IMG/VR virus record: IMGVR_UViG_3300031525_000003
Source of the DNA: an uncultured virus (IMG/VR IMGVR_UViG_3300031525_000003)
Taxonomy: Duplodnaviria > Heunggongvirae > Uroviricota > Caudoviricetes
Direction: 5' to 3' (one strand)
Length of the DNA: 55,312 bases
Shown: piece after piece, positions 1 to 8,221 of the stretch
How positions within the stretch are numbered: position 1 is the stretch's first letter
How the letters are laid out: each line of letters starts with the position of its first letter
Notes under the pieces: generated by a model
What the model saw: only the letters and a program-made list of their open reading frames with translations
The model's database searches: none
What the model was told of the DNA's origin: nothing
Program-made: the position numbers and the translations under genes

Positions 1-71
1 GTGCGCAAGCGACGGAATCGCCCGCGAAAACTTGACGGTTTTTGCAGACTTCCCATACGCTTCATTGTGTC

Positions 72-341
72 ATGCACCGATCTACCTGGACGGTCCTCTG
101 CGTCGTTGCCGCCGCGCTCGCTGGCTGCGGATCTTCGTACACGAAGGACGACAGCACCTCGAACAACGTCGCGGTGCGCAACGAGGCAGCCGTGCTCGCA
201 CTCTGCGCGCAGGACGACGCCGGCACGTGCACCCCCAGCATGGTCCGCGCACGCACCAGCGTTGCGTTCTGCGCCAACCAGCGCGAAGTGACGGTGCACG
301 GCGCGCCGTTCGACGGAGGCATCCCATGTCAGGCACCGTAG
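72..341 (+). CDS. small lipoprotein
   Basis: MHRSTWTVLCVVAAALAGC signal with LAGC lipobox; ATG 72 chosen within track ORF 42..341. Confidence 0.65.
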   Translation: MHRSTWTVLCVVAAALAGCGSSYTKDDSTSNNVAVRNEAAVLALCAQDDAGTCTPSMVRARTSVAFCANQREVTVHGAPFDGGIPCQAP

Positions 342-616
342 ACGACGAGGACGCACTCTACGTCGAGCTGGCCCAGAAGACCGCTCGAACCGTGCGGGAC
401 TGGCAGGACATCCTCTCGCTACCGCCGGACGCGCGCGCCGAGGTCATCGCCGACTGGAACGCCCTGGGCGACATGTCGTGGACGAAGTCCCCCAGCACCC
501 TGGACCGGGTCGAGACGATCCTGAACATCCTCGTCTCCATCGCCAGCCCGGTCACCACCATCGTCGGCGGTCTGACCGGCATCGGCACGCTGATCACCAC
601 CCTCAAGGCGATCTGA
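326..616 (+). CDS. hypothetical protein with hydrophobic C-terminus
   Basis: ATG 326 preceded by GGAGG; C-terminal LNILVSIASPVTTIVGGLTGIGTLITTL. Confidence 0.65.
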   Translation: MSGTVDDEDALYVELAQKTARTVRDWQDILSLPPDARAEVIADWNALGDMSWTKSPSTLDRVETILNILVSIASPVTTIVGGLTGIGTLITTLKAI

Positions 617-833
617 GCCTCCCGGGCCTCTCCGGCGCGGGACGCGCGGAGAGAGCAAGAGCTTCCGAGCCTCGATCGGAGATGGCCATCTCGCGCGCCA
701 GCCTGTCCACGAGCCGCGAAAGGCAGAGCGTGCAGTCGCATCGCTCTCGACGAAACCCCAGGTAGCGAGCAAGCCGCCAGAGCGCGCCCGGCTTCGCCCG
801 TGAGAGAACGGCACGGTCCGACGCGTACCGCAC
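603..833 (-). CDS. hypothetical protein
   Basis: abuts the 835 stop of the upstream minus-strand gene; CDCTLC motif. Confidence 0.4.
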   Translation of the reverse strand: MRYASDRAVLSRAKPGALWRLARYLGFRRERCDCTLCLSRLVDRLAREMAISDRGSEALALSARPAPERPGRLRSP

Positions 834-834
834 G

Positions 835-1146
835 TCAACGGGCGCGCGGAGAGCGCGGAGGACGCAAGACTTCCCAGCGCGTCACACGCAGATTCGCGCA
901 GAACTCGTGGATCGCACGGGCGCGGACCTCCTCCGTGAGCGGCACGTCTTCCTCACGAATGCTGCCACCGCGCGGCATACGATCGTAGTTTTCTGTCGTC
1001 TTGAACTTATGGCGCAGCGTCGCACGCTCCTCGACGATGAAGTGGTCGACGACCAGCGCGTGCTCGTCATCGAAGTACATGAAGTCCCACCAGACACGCC
1101 GAAGCGGTCCGTGGTCCTCCATCCACCGCACGTTGTCATAGATCAT
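835..1146 (-). CDS. hypothetical protein
   Basis: protein-like composition from MIYDNVRW; divergent from the 1233 gene. Confidence 0.6.
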   Translation of the reverse strand: MIYDNVRWMEDHGPLRRVWWDFMYFDDEHALVVDHFIVEERATLRHKFKTTENYDRMPRGGSIREEDVPLTEEVRARAIHEFCANLRVTRWEVLRPPRSPRAR

Positions 1147-1194
1147 GGTCCGGTGCTGAAAAGCGTACCTCAGACGGCGCACGCTGGCGACAGA

Positions 1195-1224
1195 TTGACG
1201 ACTCGTTAGACCGCACGTATAACA
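1195..1224 (+). promoter_or_regulatory. sigma70-type promoter overlapped by 21-bp dyad site (copy 1)
   Basis: TTGACG 1195-1200, 17-bp spacer, TATAAC 1218-1223; dyad cgttagac-cgcac-gtataaca 1204-1224. Confidence 0.75.
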
Positions 1225-1232
1225 GATGTGCC

Positions 1233-1496
1233 ATGGCAACGACAGCTGGCCGCACGCGGCGGAAAATGAAGGTGGAACGACAGGCTCGCGTGGGCGACGA
1301 GACCTGGGGCTTTCGCATCGGTCGCTTCAACGCCGTGCTCGTCGCGCCAGACGGCCGCAAGTCCATCGTCAACTTCTCCGTTCTGACCGGCAGGAGCTGG
1401 GACGCGCTGGAACGCGGCGTGTGGGTGGTGCCGATCACCCCTGAGCACATCAAGAGCTACATCCGGAAGCACCGGGGCTCGCTCGTTCAGAGCTGA
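1233..1496 (+). CDS. hypothetical protein
   Basis: first ORF after the promoter; ATG 9 nt after the -10. Confidence 0.6.
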   Translation: MATTAGRTRRKMKVERQARVGDETWGFRIGRFNAVLVAPDGRKSIVNFSVLTGRSWDALERGVWVVPITPEHIKSYIRKHRGSLVQS

Positions 1497-1529
1497 GCAG
1501 TGCATGAGCCGGAAAGCACACAGGCGGGC

Positions 1530-2447
1530 ATGATCAGTCTCGTTGTCGAAGCCGACACGGTCCCGATGACGTGGGACGCGTTCCTGCGCAAGGCCGGGGC
1601 GTACGCCGTCGCGCTCGACGGCTTCGTGCACGGCGGACCCAGGTTCAGCGAGAAGGGGCCCGCCATCAACATGAACCACCACGAGGAAGTGGACCGGCTA
1701 GCCACCCGCGCCACCTGCGCGCAGACGCTCATGGTGATCCGTCAGGGCTTCTTCGACCTCTTCCGCGACGCGGACGGACCCAAAGCCAACGTGTTCGTCA
1801 ACGACTGCGACGAAGACGTGTGCACCTCCTGGTTCCTGCTGAAGCAGCACTACTGGGTCGAGCAACCCATGAACCCTCTTCTCAATCGCCTGGTCGCCAT
1901 GGAGGACGCACTCGACGCCACCGCAGGCGCGTACCCGTTCCCGGCGGATCTGCCAGCCCTCCGAAGCATGGCGTGGATCTTCGAACCCTACCGCCAGTTC
2001 CGGCTCTCCGGAGAGATCGACAAGAAGGACTCACGTGCCTACCGCGGCGTGATCGAGGACGTCGAGCGCCGGATCGCTAGCCACCTCGTGGGCTCCGGGC
2101 ACGAGATCCCGCTCGACACGCGCTTCGAGATCGTCGGCGGAGGTGCGGGCTGGAAGATGGTGCGCGAGATCGGGGCCCAGGCCAGGACCGGGATGTTCGC
2201 GGAAGGCATCCGCGCCTACGTGAGCGCCCGTCAGCGGCCCGATGGCCACTACACGTACGTCCTTGGTCGCATGTCACCGTTCGTTCCGTTCAACCTTCCG
2301 GCGATCCTGGCTCGGGCCAACGAGCTGGACGCGAAAGTCGACGACCGGTGGGGCGGCTCGAACACTGTGGGTGGTAGCCCGCGCGTTTCCGGGAGCCACC
2401 TCACGCCCGAAGAACTGACACGGATCGTCAACGAAACCGCGGCCTGA
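1530..2447 (+). CDS. DHH-like phosphoesterase
   Basis: ALDG, NHH, DCDED acidic motif and C-terminal WGGS..GGSPR resemble DHH/DHHA-type proteins, with motifs in atypical order. Confidence 0.5.
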   Translation: MISLVVEADTVPMTWDAFLRKAGAYAVALDGFVHGGPRFSEKGPAINMNHHEEVDRLATRATCAQTLMVIRQGFFDLFRDADGPKANVFVNDCDEDVCTSWFLLKQHYWVEQPMNPLLNRLVAMEDALDATAGAYPFPADLPALRSMAWIFEPYRQFRLSGEIDKKDSRAYRGVIEDVERRIASHLVGSGHEIPLDTRFEIVGGGAGWKMVREIGAQARTGMFAEGIRAYVSARQRPDGHYTYVLGRMSPFVPFNLPAILARANELDAKVDDRWGGSNTVGGSPRVSGSHLTPEELTRIVNETAA

Positions 2448-2462
2448 AAACGGAGGTTGACC

Positions 2463-2696
2463 ATGGGTGAACGGAGCGAACTGCCACCGAAACTACGCAA
2501 CTGGACGAAGGGGACGCCGCAGGTAGGCGCGTTCATACGAACGCGCAACGGCTCGACCGTCACCCTCGTGAACGACAACGCCAACCACGATCAGGAGACG
2601 CTCCTGTACGCGTTGATCCTCGGGACGCAGAAGATGCCGCCGGAGGTGATGCGCGGCGTGCAGGAGTGGGTGGACACCCAGGTCAAAGTAAGGTGA
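2463..2696 (+). CDS. hypothetical protein
   Basis: GGAGG upstream; in the + gene train. Confidence 0.6.
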   Translation: MGERSELPPKLRNWTKGTPQVGAFIRTRNGSTVTLVNDNANHDQETLLYALILGTQKMPPEVMRGVQEWVDTQVKVR

Positions 2697-2759
2697 CGGC
2701 GAAACTGTGGAGGTTCGTCCGAGCTGGACGCGGTGTCCGGAGGACGGGAGAGGCGAAAG

Positions 2760-2975
2760 ATGGCGAAGCTCGTCGTAACAAGGGACACGCTGGTGACAAT
2801 GGCGCAGAAGTGCGCAGCGTCGAGCGCGCGGAAGGGCGGAACGCCGCTCCTCGACGACGCGGCCGAGCTGTTGGAGCAGGCTGGGTTCCACGTCGCGGCG
2901 CTGGAGGATAGGCTGCGGCGCTGGGAAGCGTTCGGGCAGATGGTCGGCCAGCACATGCCGAAAACCGATCGCTGA
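2760..2975 (+). CDS. hypothetical protein
   Basis: GGAGAGG upstream; helical composition. Confidence 0.6.
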   Translation: MAKLVVTRDTLVTMAQKCAASSARKGGTPLLDDAAELLEQAGFHVAALEDRLRRWEAFGQMVGQHMPKTDR

Positions 2976-3006
2976 CCAGGCGCCCGGGCACGAACGGAGG
3001 CGGAGG

Positions 3007-3195
3007 ATGGCTCACGAGGTCGGAGTCGATTGTGTGTTCCGCTGCATGCTGTGCGGGTGTATGCGGACGAGCCTGGACGACGGTGCTGTAGAGGCTGCGA
3101 AGGACAGGCGCATCTCCGAGCTGGAGAAGAAAGTCGGGCAGCTGGAGGACGAGTTGCATCGTGAGGTGCGGGCCCAGGACCCATTCGTAATCTGA
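3007..3195 (+). CDS. hypothetical protein (CxxC plus coiled coil)
   Basis: GGAGG upstream; CMLCGC; heptad-like segment. Confidence 0.55.
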   Translation: MAHEVGVDCVFRCMLCGCMRTSLDDGAVEAAKDRRISELEKKVGQLEDELHREVRAQDPFVI

Positions 3196-3256
3196 ATGGC
3201 GCGCAGACACGCGCGTGAGGACAACGGGCGCGCGGCGCGCGCGCAAGGAGCTTCGA

Positions 3257-3610
3257 ATGATGAACGGTGATGCACGAGAGCGGCAGGCGAAGCAACGCCT
3301 GGAGCTGACGGCCGCGGTAGTACGCGCAGCGCGCAATATGCGCGACGTGTCGCAGAACATTGCACACGAAGACGATGACGCCTCAACAGCCTGGGAAAGA
3401 CTGGACGAGGCGATGCGGGCGCTCGACGACTTCGCCGTGGAGACAGCGGAAGGGCCGCAGGCGAGGCACGGACAAACGTCACGCACGGTACAGGGGCCGT
3501 ATCAGCATGCTGGTCCGACAACGGGCCCCGTCGTTACGGAATGCGACAAGCTTCTCCCGACAAATCACCCGGACCACTTTCACCCCAACAGGTTCACGGT
3601 ACGTCGCTAG
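3257..3610 (+). CDS. hypothetical protein
   Basis: AAGGAG upstream of ATG 3257. Confidence 0.55.
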   Translation: MMNGDARERQAKQRLELTAAVVRAARNMRDVSQNIAHEDDDASTAWERLDEAMRALDDFAVETAEGPQARHGQTSRTVQGPYQHAGPTTGPVVTECDKLLPTNHPDHFHPNRFTVRR

Positions 3611-3628
3611 GACATGGCGAGGTGAGAC

Positions 3629-4015
3629 GTGAAGAGGGAGGTCATCGCTGGGATACTGTCGCTACTCAACGACGAGTGCGGGCGACTCAACGATATGCAG
3701 ATGTCGCCGTGCGCATCGACCGAGGAGTGGGAGCCGGTGCGGGTCGTCCTCCGGGCTTACGACGCCATCGCGAAGATCAAGGCTGAGGATGTCGACCACG
3801 CACGCCTGGATCGAATCAACGGCGAGGGAGGCGCGCTGAGCTGGTGCGGACGCAGCTTCGCCGAGCACCCCGATCGCTGCGAGTGCCAGGGCAACGACCA
3901 GATCCCTCACCGACACTACGACCACGCCCCCTACAGGTGCGCGCGGTGCAGCGAGTGCAATGCCTACGCTCCGGTGAGCAAGTGTGCGCCGACAGAGCAA
4001 GAAAACCGCGTGTGA
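3629..4015 (+). CDS. Cys/His-rich hypothetical protein
   Basis: GAGGTG upstream; CARCSEC motif. Confidence 0.6.
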   Translation: MKREVIAGILSLLNDECGRLNDMQMSPCASTEEWEPVRVVLRAYDAIAKIKAEDVDHARLDRINGEGGALSWCGRSFAEHPDRCECQGNDQIPHRHYDHAPYRCARCSECNAYAPVSKCAPTEQENRV

Positions 4016-4104
4016 CATGCGCGCGACCAGTCTCGGGACGAATGAAACGAAAGGAGTCAAGGAATTGGTTGAGAGTGCGCGCTTTGCAACGGAAGGAGAC
4101 GGTG

Positions 4105-4320
4105 ATGCGTTGTCGTAACTGCGGACGTGACGAAGCGGAGCATCTCGACCATCGAGACGATGGTGGCGGGCTGCTGTGCATGCAGCTCGTCGGCACCTAC
4201 CAGCCGGCGACCACGTGGACCGAGACGCAGAAGATGCTGCTTGCCGTGATCGTCTTCAACGCTGTCGTTGGTGGGCTCATATGGTTGCGGTACGTGAGTC
4301 CGTGGGCGTGGGGAGAGTGA
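4105..4320 (+). CDS. small membrane protein with N-terminal CxxC
   Basis: AAGGAG upstream; MRCRNCG; TM segment MLLAVIVFNAVVGGLIWL. Confidence 0.65.
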   Translation: MRCRNCGRDEAEHLDHRDDGGGLLCMQLVGTYQPATTWTETQKMLLAVIVFNAVVGGLIWLRYVSPWAWGE

Positions 4321-4405
4321 CCAAAACGGCCGCAGAAATGCGCGCGCCGGATCAGGAGAAGAAGGCAACATGAGCGTGCGCGCTTTGGAGAATGAGGAGA
4401 ATGTG

Positions 4406-4855
4406 ATGGTCGATCAAGTGGCGAAGCGGTGGACGGTCTGGTGTGAGCACACCGATGGCCGTCGCTACCGCATGGGTGATTCCTCCCTGACGCGGTGGTC
4501 GCAGGATACCGCAGAGCGTGTCGCGAAGCACATGACCGCCTACGAGGTGGGCACCTTCGCGGCGCAACCGTTCATCCCAAGCCTACCGTCGAGGCCGGAT
4601 GACCCTCGGCTGTGGGTCCTACTGCCCGAGGACCCGAGCGACTATCAGTACGACGGCGAGCCGCTCATCGCGTGCCTGTCGCGGGAGTCCGCTGAAGCGC
4701 GTCGCGACGAGGGCGAGCGAGAGCCAACGACCTACGTCCCCACCGAGCGCATGTTGCGCGTGCGATGCATCGTGAACGAAGTGCGGCGAAAGTGGCTGTC
4801 GGATGAAGGCAAAGCTGCGCTTGCACTCATCGAACAAGTTCTCGATGGGGACTGA
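4406..4855 (+). CDS. hypothetical protein (WxVW domain plus YVP module)
   Basis: GAGGAG upstream; KRWTVW...AAQP domain shared with six other ORFs. Confidence 0.7.
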   Translation: MVDQVAKRWTVWCEHTDGRRYRMGDSSLTRWSQDTAERVAKHMTAYEVGTFAAQPFIPSLPSRPDDPRLWVLLPEDPSDYQYDGEPLIACLSRESAEARRDEGEREPTTYVPTERMLRVRCIVNEVRRKWLSDEGKAALALIEQVLDGD

Positions 4856-4983
4856 GAGTGCGCGCTTTGGAGGGCTAGACAATGCGGAAGTGCGAAGCAT
4901 GCCTGCCCGGTTGTCTCCCCCGATGCCGACGGACCGTTGAATAGACGGTCCGCGCAGGACGTCGCTGCGATACACTGGCGCCC

Positions 4984-5265
4984 ATGTTCAACGATGCCCC
5001 GCTCGCGGGCGCCCCGCGCGCAGATCACGAGCGCTACGCCAAGGCTAACGGTCTCTTCTGGCTGCCGTGCCCACGGTGCGGCAAGCCTTACGGCGGCCAC
5101 GAATGGCGATGCAAGGATTCCGCGTACAGCGTTCAGTGCCAGCGTGATCCCGCCGACGATCACGGCACGTGCTGTCCGGGGAGTGGCGACGATGCCATCG
5201 TTTGTTCCAAGAGCCGGCACCGGGAGACACAGATTGGCGGTCGCGCGGTTTCCGACGAGCCGTAG
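4984..5265 (+). CDS. Cys-rich Zn-ribbon protein
   Basis: FWLPCPRCGKPYGGHEW. Confidence 0.55.
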   Translation: MFNDAPLAGAPRADHERYAKANGLFWLPCPRCGKPYGGHEWRCKDSAYSVQCQRDPADDHGTCCPGSGDDAIVCSKSRHRETQIGGRAVSDEP

Positions 5266-5308
5266 CCTATGGGAGACAACCGTGCAGGCATGGTGCGAAG
5301 TGCGAAGC

Positions 5309-5572
5309 ATGCAGGAGGACATCGTGGACGGAGTGAAGATCGACACCGAGGTTGAAGTGCTCGCACGGCGCATGTGGCAACGCTACGTCCAGGCGCAGCC
5401 ACGGGACGAGCGCGGCGACTACAGGCCATGGGAGGCGCAGGTTGACGACGCCACGCTGCGCGGATTCCGCTCGTGCGCCCGCATGGTACTGGCCACGACC
5501 ATCCCTCGCATAGCAGCATCTATCCGTCGACCTCGGCGGAAGTCGGTCGGCACTACGAAATCGAGCGTGTGA
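5309..5572 (+). CDS. hypothetical protein
   Basis: protein-like from MQEDIVDG; stop is the first codon of a boundary repeat. Confidence 0.6.
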   Translation: MQEDIVDGVKIDTEVEVLARRMWQRYVQAQPRDERGDYRPWEAQVDDATLRGFRSCARMVLATTIPRIAASIRRPRRKSVGTTKSSV

Positions 5573-5614
5573 CGCTGCGCGCCTTGCAGCACGTGACGCG
5601 AGAAAGGAACGGAG

Positions 5615-5809
5615 ATGGCGGATCTCAAGTACCTGCGGACCCTGATGCGCAACGTTGAGGGACGCCTGTATACAGCAGTAGTGACAGAGGGCGACGAGCG
5701 AAACGCGGAGGAGCTGCGAGCGTGCCTGCGTGACGTCCGGCGGTCCATCCACCGGCTGGAGACCATGGTGCCCGAGGTGGGTGCGCAGACGAAGAAAAAG
5801 AGCGCGTGA
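5615..5809 (+). CDS. hypothetical protein
   Basis: AAGGA upstream; stop begins a boundary repeat. Confidence 0.65.
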   Translation: MADLKYLRTLMRNVEGRLYTAVVTEGDERNAEELRACLRDVRRSIHRLETMVPEVGAQTKKKSA

Positions 5810-5841
5810 GCGTGCGTGCCTTGCAGAACTGGGAGATGGCA

Positions 5842-6042
5842 ATGAAGTGGATCGTGATTGTTGTGATGGCGTTCGCGCTGGCCTGCGACCAGAAGATGAC
5901 TCCGAGGGACAAGCTGGATACCTGTCGGACCATCTGCGGCCGGCGTCCCATCCAGAGCTTCTCGATCGGCTACGACGAGCACTACGATTGTCGGTGCGGC
6001 GACAAGCCAGAGTGTCAGCCAGAGTGTGACGGTGGTCGCTGA
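5842..6042 (+). CDS. small Cys-rich lipoprotein
   Basis: MKWIVIVVMAFALAC signal/lipobox. Confidence 0.6.
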   Translation: MKWIVIVVMAFALACDQKMTPRDKLDTCRTICGRRPIQSFSIGYDEHYDCRCGDKPECQPECDGGR

Positions 6043-6097
6043 AGCCACGTGAGAGCGTGCGCGCGTCACGCGGCTGAAGTAAACGCCCCAGGAGGCC

Positions 6098-6466
6098 ATG
6101 GCTCGATGCGACGCAACCGACAAGCACAACAACTGGAGAATCACCCCATTGAAATCACTAGGCCTCGCCATTTCGACGCTGCTCATGTTCGTGGTAGGAC
6201 CACTCGTCAGCGGATGGACGCTGTCGATCCTCTGGGGTTGGTTCATCCACCCCGTCTTCACAGCCGTACCTTCGCTAGGCGTCGTCGACGCGATCGGGAT
6301 CTCGTTCGTGGCCAGGTTTTTCCTTGGCATGTTGGCCGCACGACCAAAAGTTGACGACGACCGTACGTTGAGCGACCTCGTCTTCACGGGTGTCGCCTGG
6401 ACCGTCGTCTACAACGGGATGTTTCTTGGCCTGGGCTGGGTTCTTCATCTCCTCCGAGGTGCATGA
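6098..6466 (+). CDS. membrane protein (about 3 TM)
   Basis: AGGAGG upstream; three hydrophobic segments. Confidence 0.7.
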   Translation: MARCDATDKHNNWRITPLKSLGLAISTLLMFVVGPLVSGWTLSILWGWFIHPVFTAVPSLGVVDAIGISFVARFFLGMLAARPKVDDDRTLSDLVFTGVAWTVVYNGMFLGLGWVLHLLRGA

Positions 6467-6738
6467 TGGACAACGACGACGCGCGTCGCCCGGATGGCTG
6501 GATGCACATGGCCGTCAGCGTCGACGCGGATCGCTTCAGCGACGCGTACCTGAAGCGTACGTATTGCTACCCCGGCGCGCCGTTCCTGAGGGGCAAGTCG
6601 TACACCGTCAAGGAATTCCGGGCCGAGTGCGCGCGGCTCCGAGCCCAAGGGAAGGAAGTCTTCCCTCCGTGCGACAACACGGGGCCCGATGGGTCGTGCC
6701 TTGGCCACAAGCGCTCGGAGCATCCAGACACGGGTTGA
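6463..6738 (+). CDS. hypothetical protein
   Basis: ATGA coupling; C-terminal CDN..GSCLGH. Confidence 0.65.
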   Translation: MMDNDDARRPDGWMHMAVSVDADRFSDAYLKRTYCYPGAPFLRGKSYTVKEFRAECARLRAQGKEVFPPCDNTGPDGSCLGHKRSEHPDTG

Positions 6739-6772
6739 CCGTGCGCAGCTCCGACCCCACATTCCGCGGCGG

Positions 6773-7138
6773 ATGCGAGTTCTCGACCCGGGCCACCGCT
6801 ACGCGCTTCCGCACCTCGACGGAGAGAAGGAGACCGTGCTGCAGTTCGTCAAGCGAGAGGGCGCCATCTACCCGGGCAACGTCGGACACTGTGAAGGCGT
6901 CAACATGCAGGAAGTCCTACGCGCGCTCATCGAGCGGGCCATCTACCTGGACGCACAGCTCCCGGCCCACGAGACAATGCTCGCCATCTCGTACATGAAG
7001 CTCGCCGTACACTCGCTGGAATCCAGGGCGGCAAGGCGGCATGGACGCGCCTCTCCGGACGTCGAGAACAGCGTCTACGGCGACACGTGCCGCGGCTGCG
7101 GGCACGTCGGCTGCGACGGCCGACATCGCCAGCCATGA
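6773..7138 (+). CDS. Tad1-like anti-defence nucleotide-sponge protein
   Basis: PGHRY...ETVLQF...GV..EVL.AL.ER..L....P..E...A....A+..L..R...R pattern matches the Tad1 layout as recalled. Confidence 0.6.
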   Translation: MRVLDPGHRYALPHLDGEKETVLQFVKREGAIYPGNVGHCEGVNMQEVLRALIERAIYLDAQLPAHETMLAISYMKLAVHSLESRAARRHGRASPDVENSVYGDTCRGCGHVGCDGRHRQP

Positions 7139-7644
7139 ACCGAGAGGCGAACATCAGCAGCTGCGGACGATACCGATACACCCTGCGCCGCGCATGGGGA
7201 CCCTCGTCACGCCGAGTCACATTCCTCATGCTCAATCCGTCGACCGCCGATGCCAACGTCGACGATCCGACCATCCTCAAGTGCATCGCGCTGACGCAAG
7301 GATGGGAAGAGTTCGGAGAGCTGGCCGTCGTCAACATGTACGCCTGGCGCTCCACAGCCCCCCTGGGGCTCCTCGGCATCGAGGATCCGGTGGGACCAGA
7401 GAACGATCAGCACATCGCCGACGCCGTCTACCAGTCGAACCGAATCGTCCTCGCCTGGGGAAGTCACCCGCGCCTTGGCTCCATGCTCGCCGCCAGAGTG
7501 TTCGTCGTGAAGCGCATCCTCCGCGAAAAGGCTGGTGGAGAGGTCGGGGTGCTCGGCCGCAACGACGACGGTTCCCCCAAGCACCCTCTTTACCTGAAGA
7601 AGACGACCGCCTTCCAGCCGGACATCTTGTACACCACCACCTAA
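7135..7644 (+). CDS. DUF1643 family protein
   Basis: SCGRYRY.L.R.W, MLNPSTAD..DDPT, VNMYAWRST.P, GPEND, LAWG, G.PKHPLY hallmark motifs. Confidence 0.9.
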   Translation: MNREANISSCGRYRYTLRRAWGPSSRRVTFLMLNPSTADANVDDPTILKCIALTQGWEEFGELAVVNMYAWRSTAPLGLLGIEDPVGPENDQHIADAVYQSNRIVLAWGSHPRLGSMLAARVFVVKRILREKAGGEVGVLGRNDDGSPKHPLYLKKTTAFQPDILYTTT

Positions 7645-7655
7645 GGAGGCCACCC

Positions 7656-8045
7656 GTGGACGAGCCCTCGGTCATCCTTTCCAACGGAACACGCGTACGC
7701 ACCAACGCCGGAGCGGCGCACACGCCCCAGGCGGAGCGTGGGCTTCTCGTCGCGTCCAAACACCTGGAGACACGGCGCCCCGACACGGCCGGCGTCATCT
7801 GCGGGTTTGTGGCGGGGCACGGCGGCGACGTCTACTGGGTCGCCCACCTCGGCAATCCATGCACGGCCGCCTACGGCTGGTGGGAATTCGACCTGGCGCC
7901 CGTCAATAACCCATGCAGCACCTGCAATGGCCACGGCATGGACGAACCCGCGTCCCGCGCCGCCAGCCTCTGGACGGCATGCGCGGCTTGCAGCGGCACA
8001 GGCGAGGCCTGCGGTACAACCGCCGCAGCGAAACGCTGCGGCTAG
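7656..8045 (+). CDS. hypothetical protein with DnaJ-type CxxCxGxG zinc finger
   Basis: TAAGGAGG upstream of GTG; CSTCNGHG and CAACSGTG. Confidence 0.7.
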   Translation: MDEPSVILSNGTRVRTNAGAAHTPQAERGLLVASKHLETRRPDTAGVICGFVAGHGGDVYWVAHLGNPCTAAYGWWEFDLAPVNNPCSTCNGHGMDEPASRAASLWTACAACSGTGEACGTTAAAKRCG

Positions 8046-8186
8046 GTGACCGGCTCCAGCTCGGCAACAAACTCGAACGCGGCCCCTTCGGTCCACCTGC
8101 CCGTGAGCATGTAGCGCCGTTTTTTTTGGCGGCGGTCATGCGTGCGAGGCTAGCACGACGAGCGGATCGTGGCACCACGTTGGCCG

Positions 8187-8216
8187 TTGCCAGCGTGTCT
8201 GACGTGCCGTATAACG
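8187..8216 (+). promoter_or_regulatory. sigma70-type promoter overlapped by 21-bp dyad site (copy 2)
   Basis: TTGCCA 8187-8192, 17-bp spacer, TATAAC 8210-8215; dyad tgtctgac-gtgcc-gtataacg 8196-8216. Confidence 0.75.
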
Positions 8217-8221
8217 TGTGC

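Larger units (their letters stand above)
4070..5826 (+). repeat. dispersed 20-bp gene-boundary repeat TGASVSTGCGYGCYTTGSAR, 5 copies
   Basis: copies at 4070-4089, 4371-4390, 4853-4872, 5570-5589 and 5807-5826, all at gene junctions. Confidence 0.8.

Noticed and set aside
72..616. Lipoprotein plus membrane protein as a spanin/holin lysis module
   Set aside because: The order and topology do not match i-spanin/o-spanin, and no endolysin is visible in the window.
1204..1224. Dyad site as a host LexA/SOS box
   Set aside because: It does not match the LexA consensus sequences I know. It is kept as an unassigned operator.
4070..5826. Boundary repeats as integron attC sites or a CRISPR array
   Set aside because: There are no RYYYAAC/GTTRRRY ends or consistent long hairpin, and no integrase or cas gene. 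The spacing is gene-sized and irregular.
8114..8133. T8 run as an intrinsic terminator
   Set aside because: The T-run (8120-8127) lies between short GC arms, not after a convincing stem.
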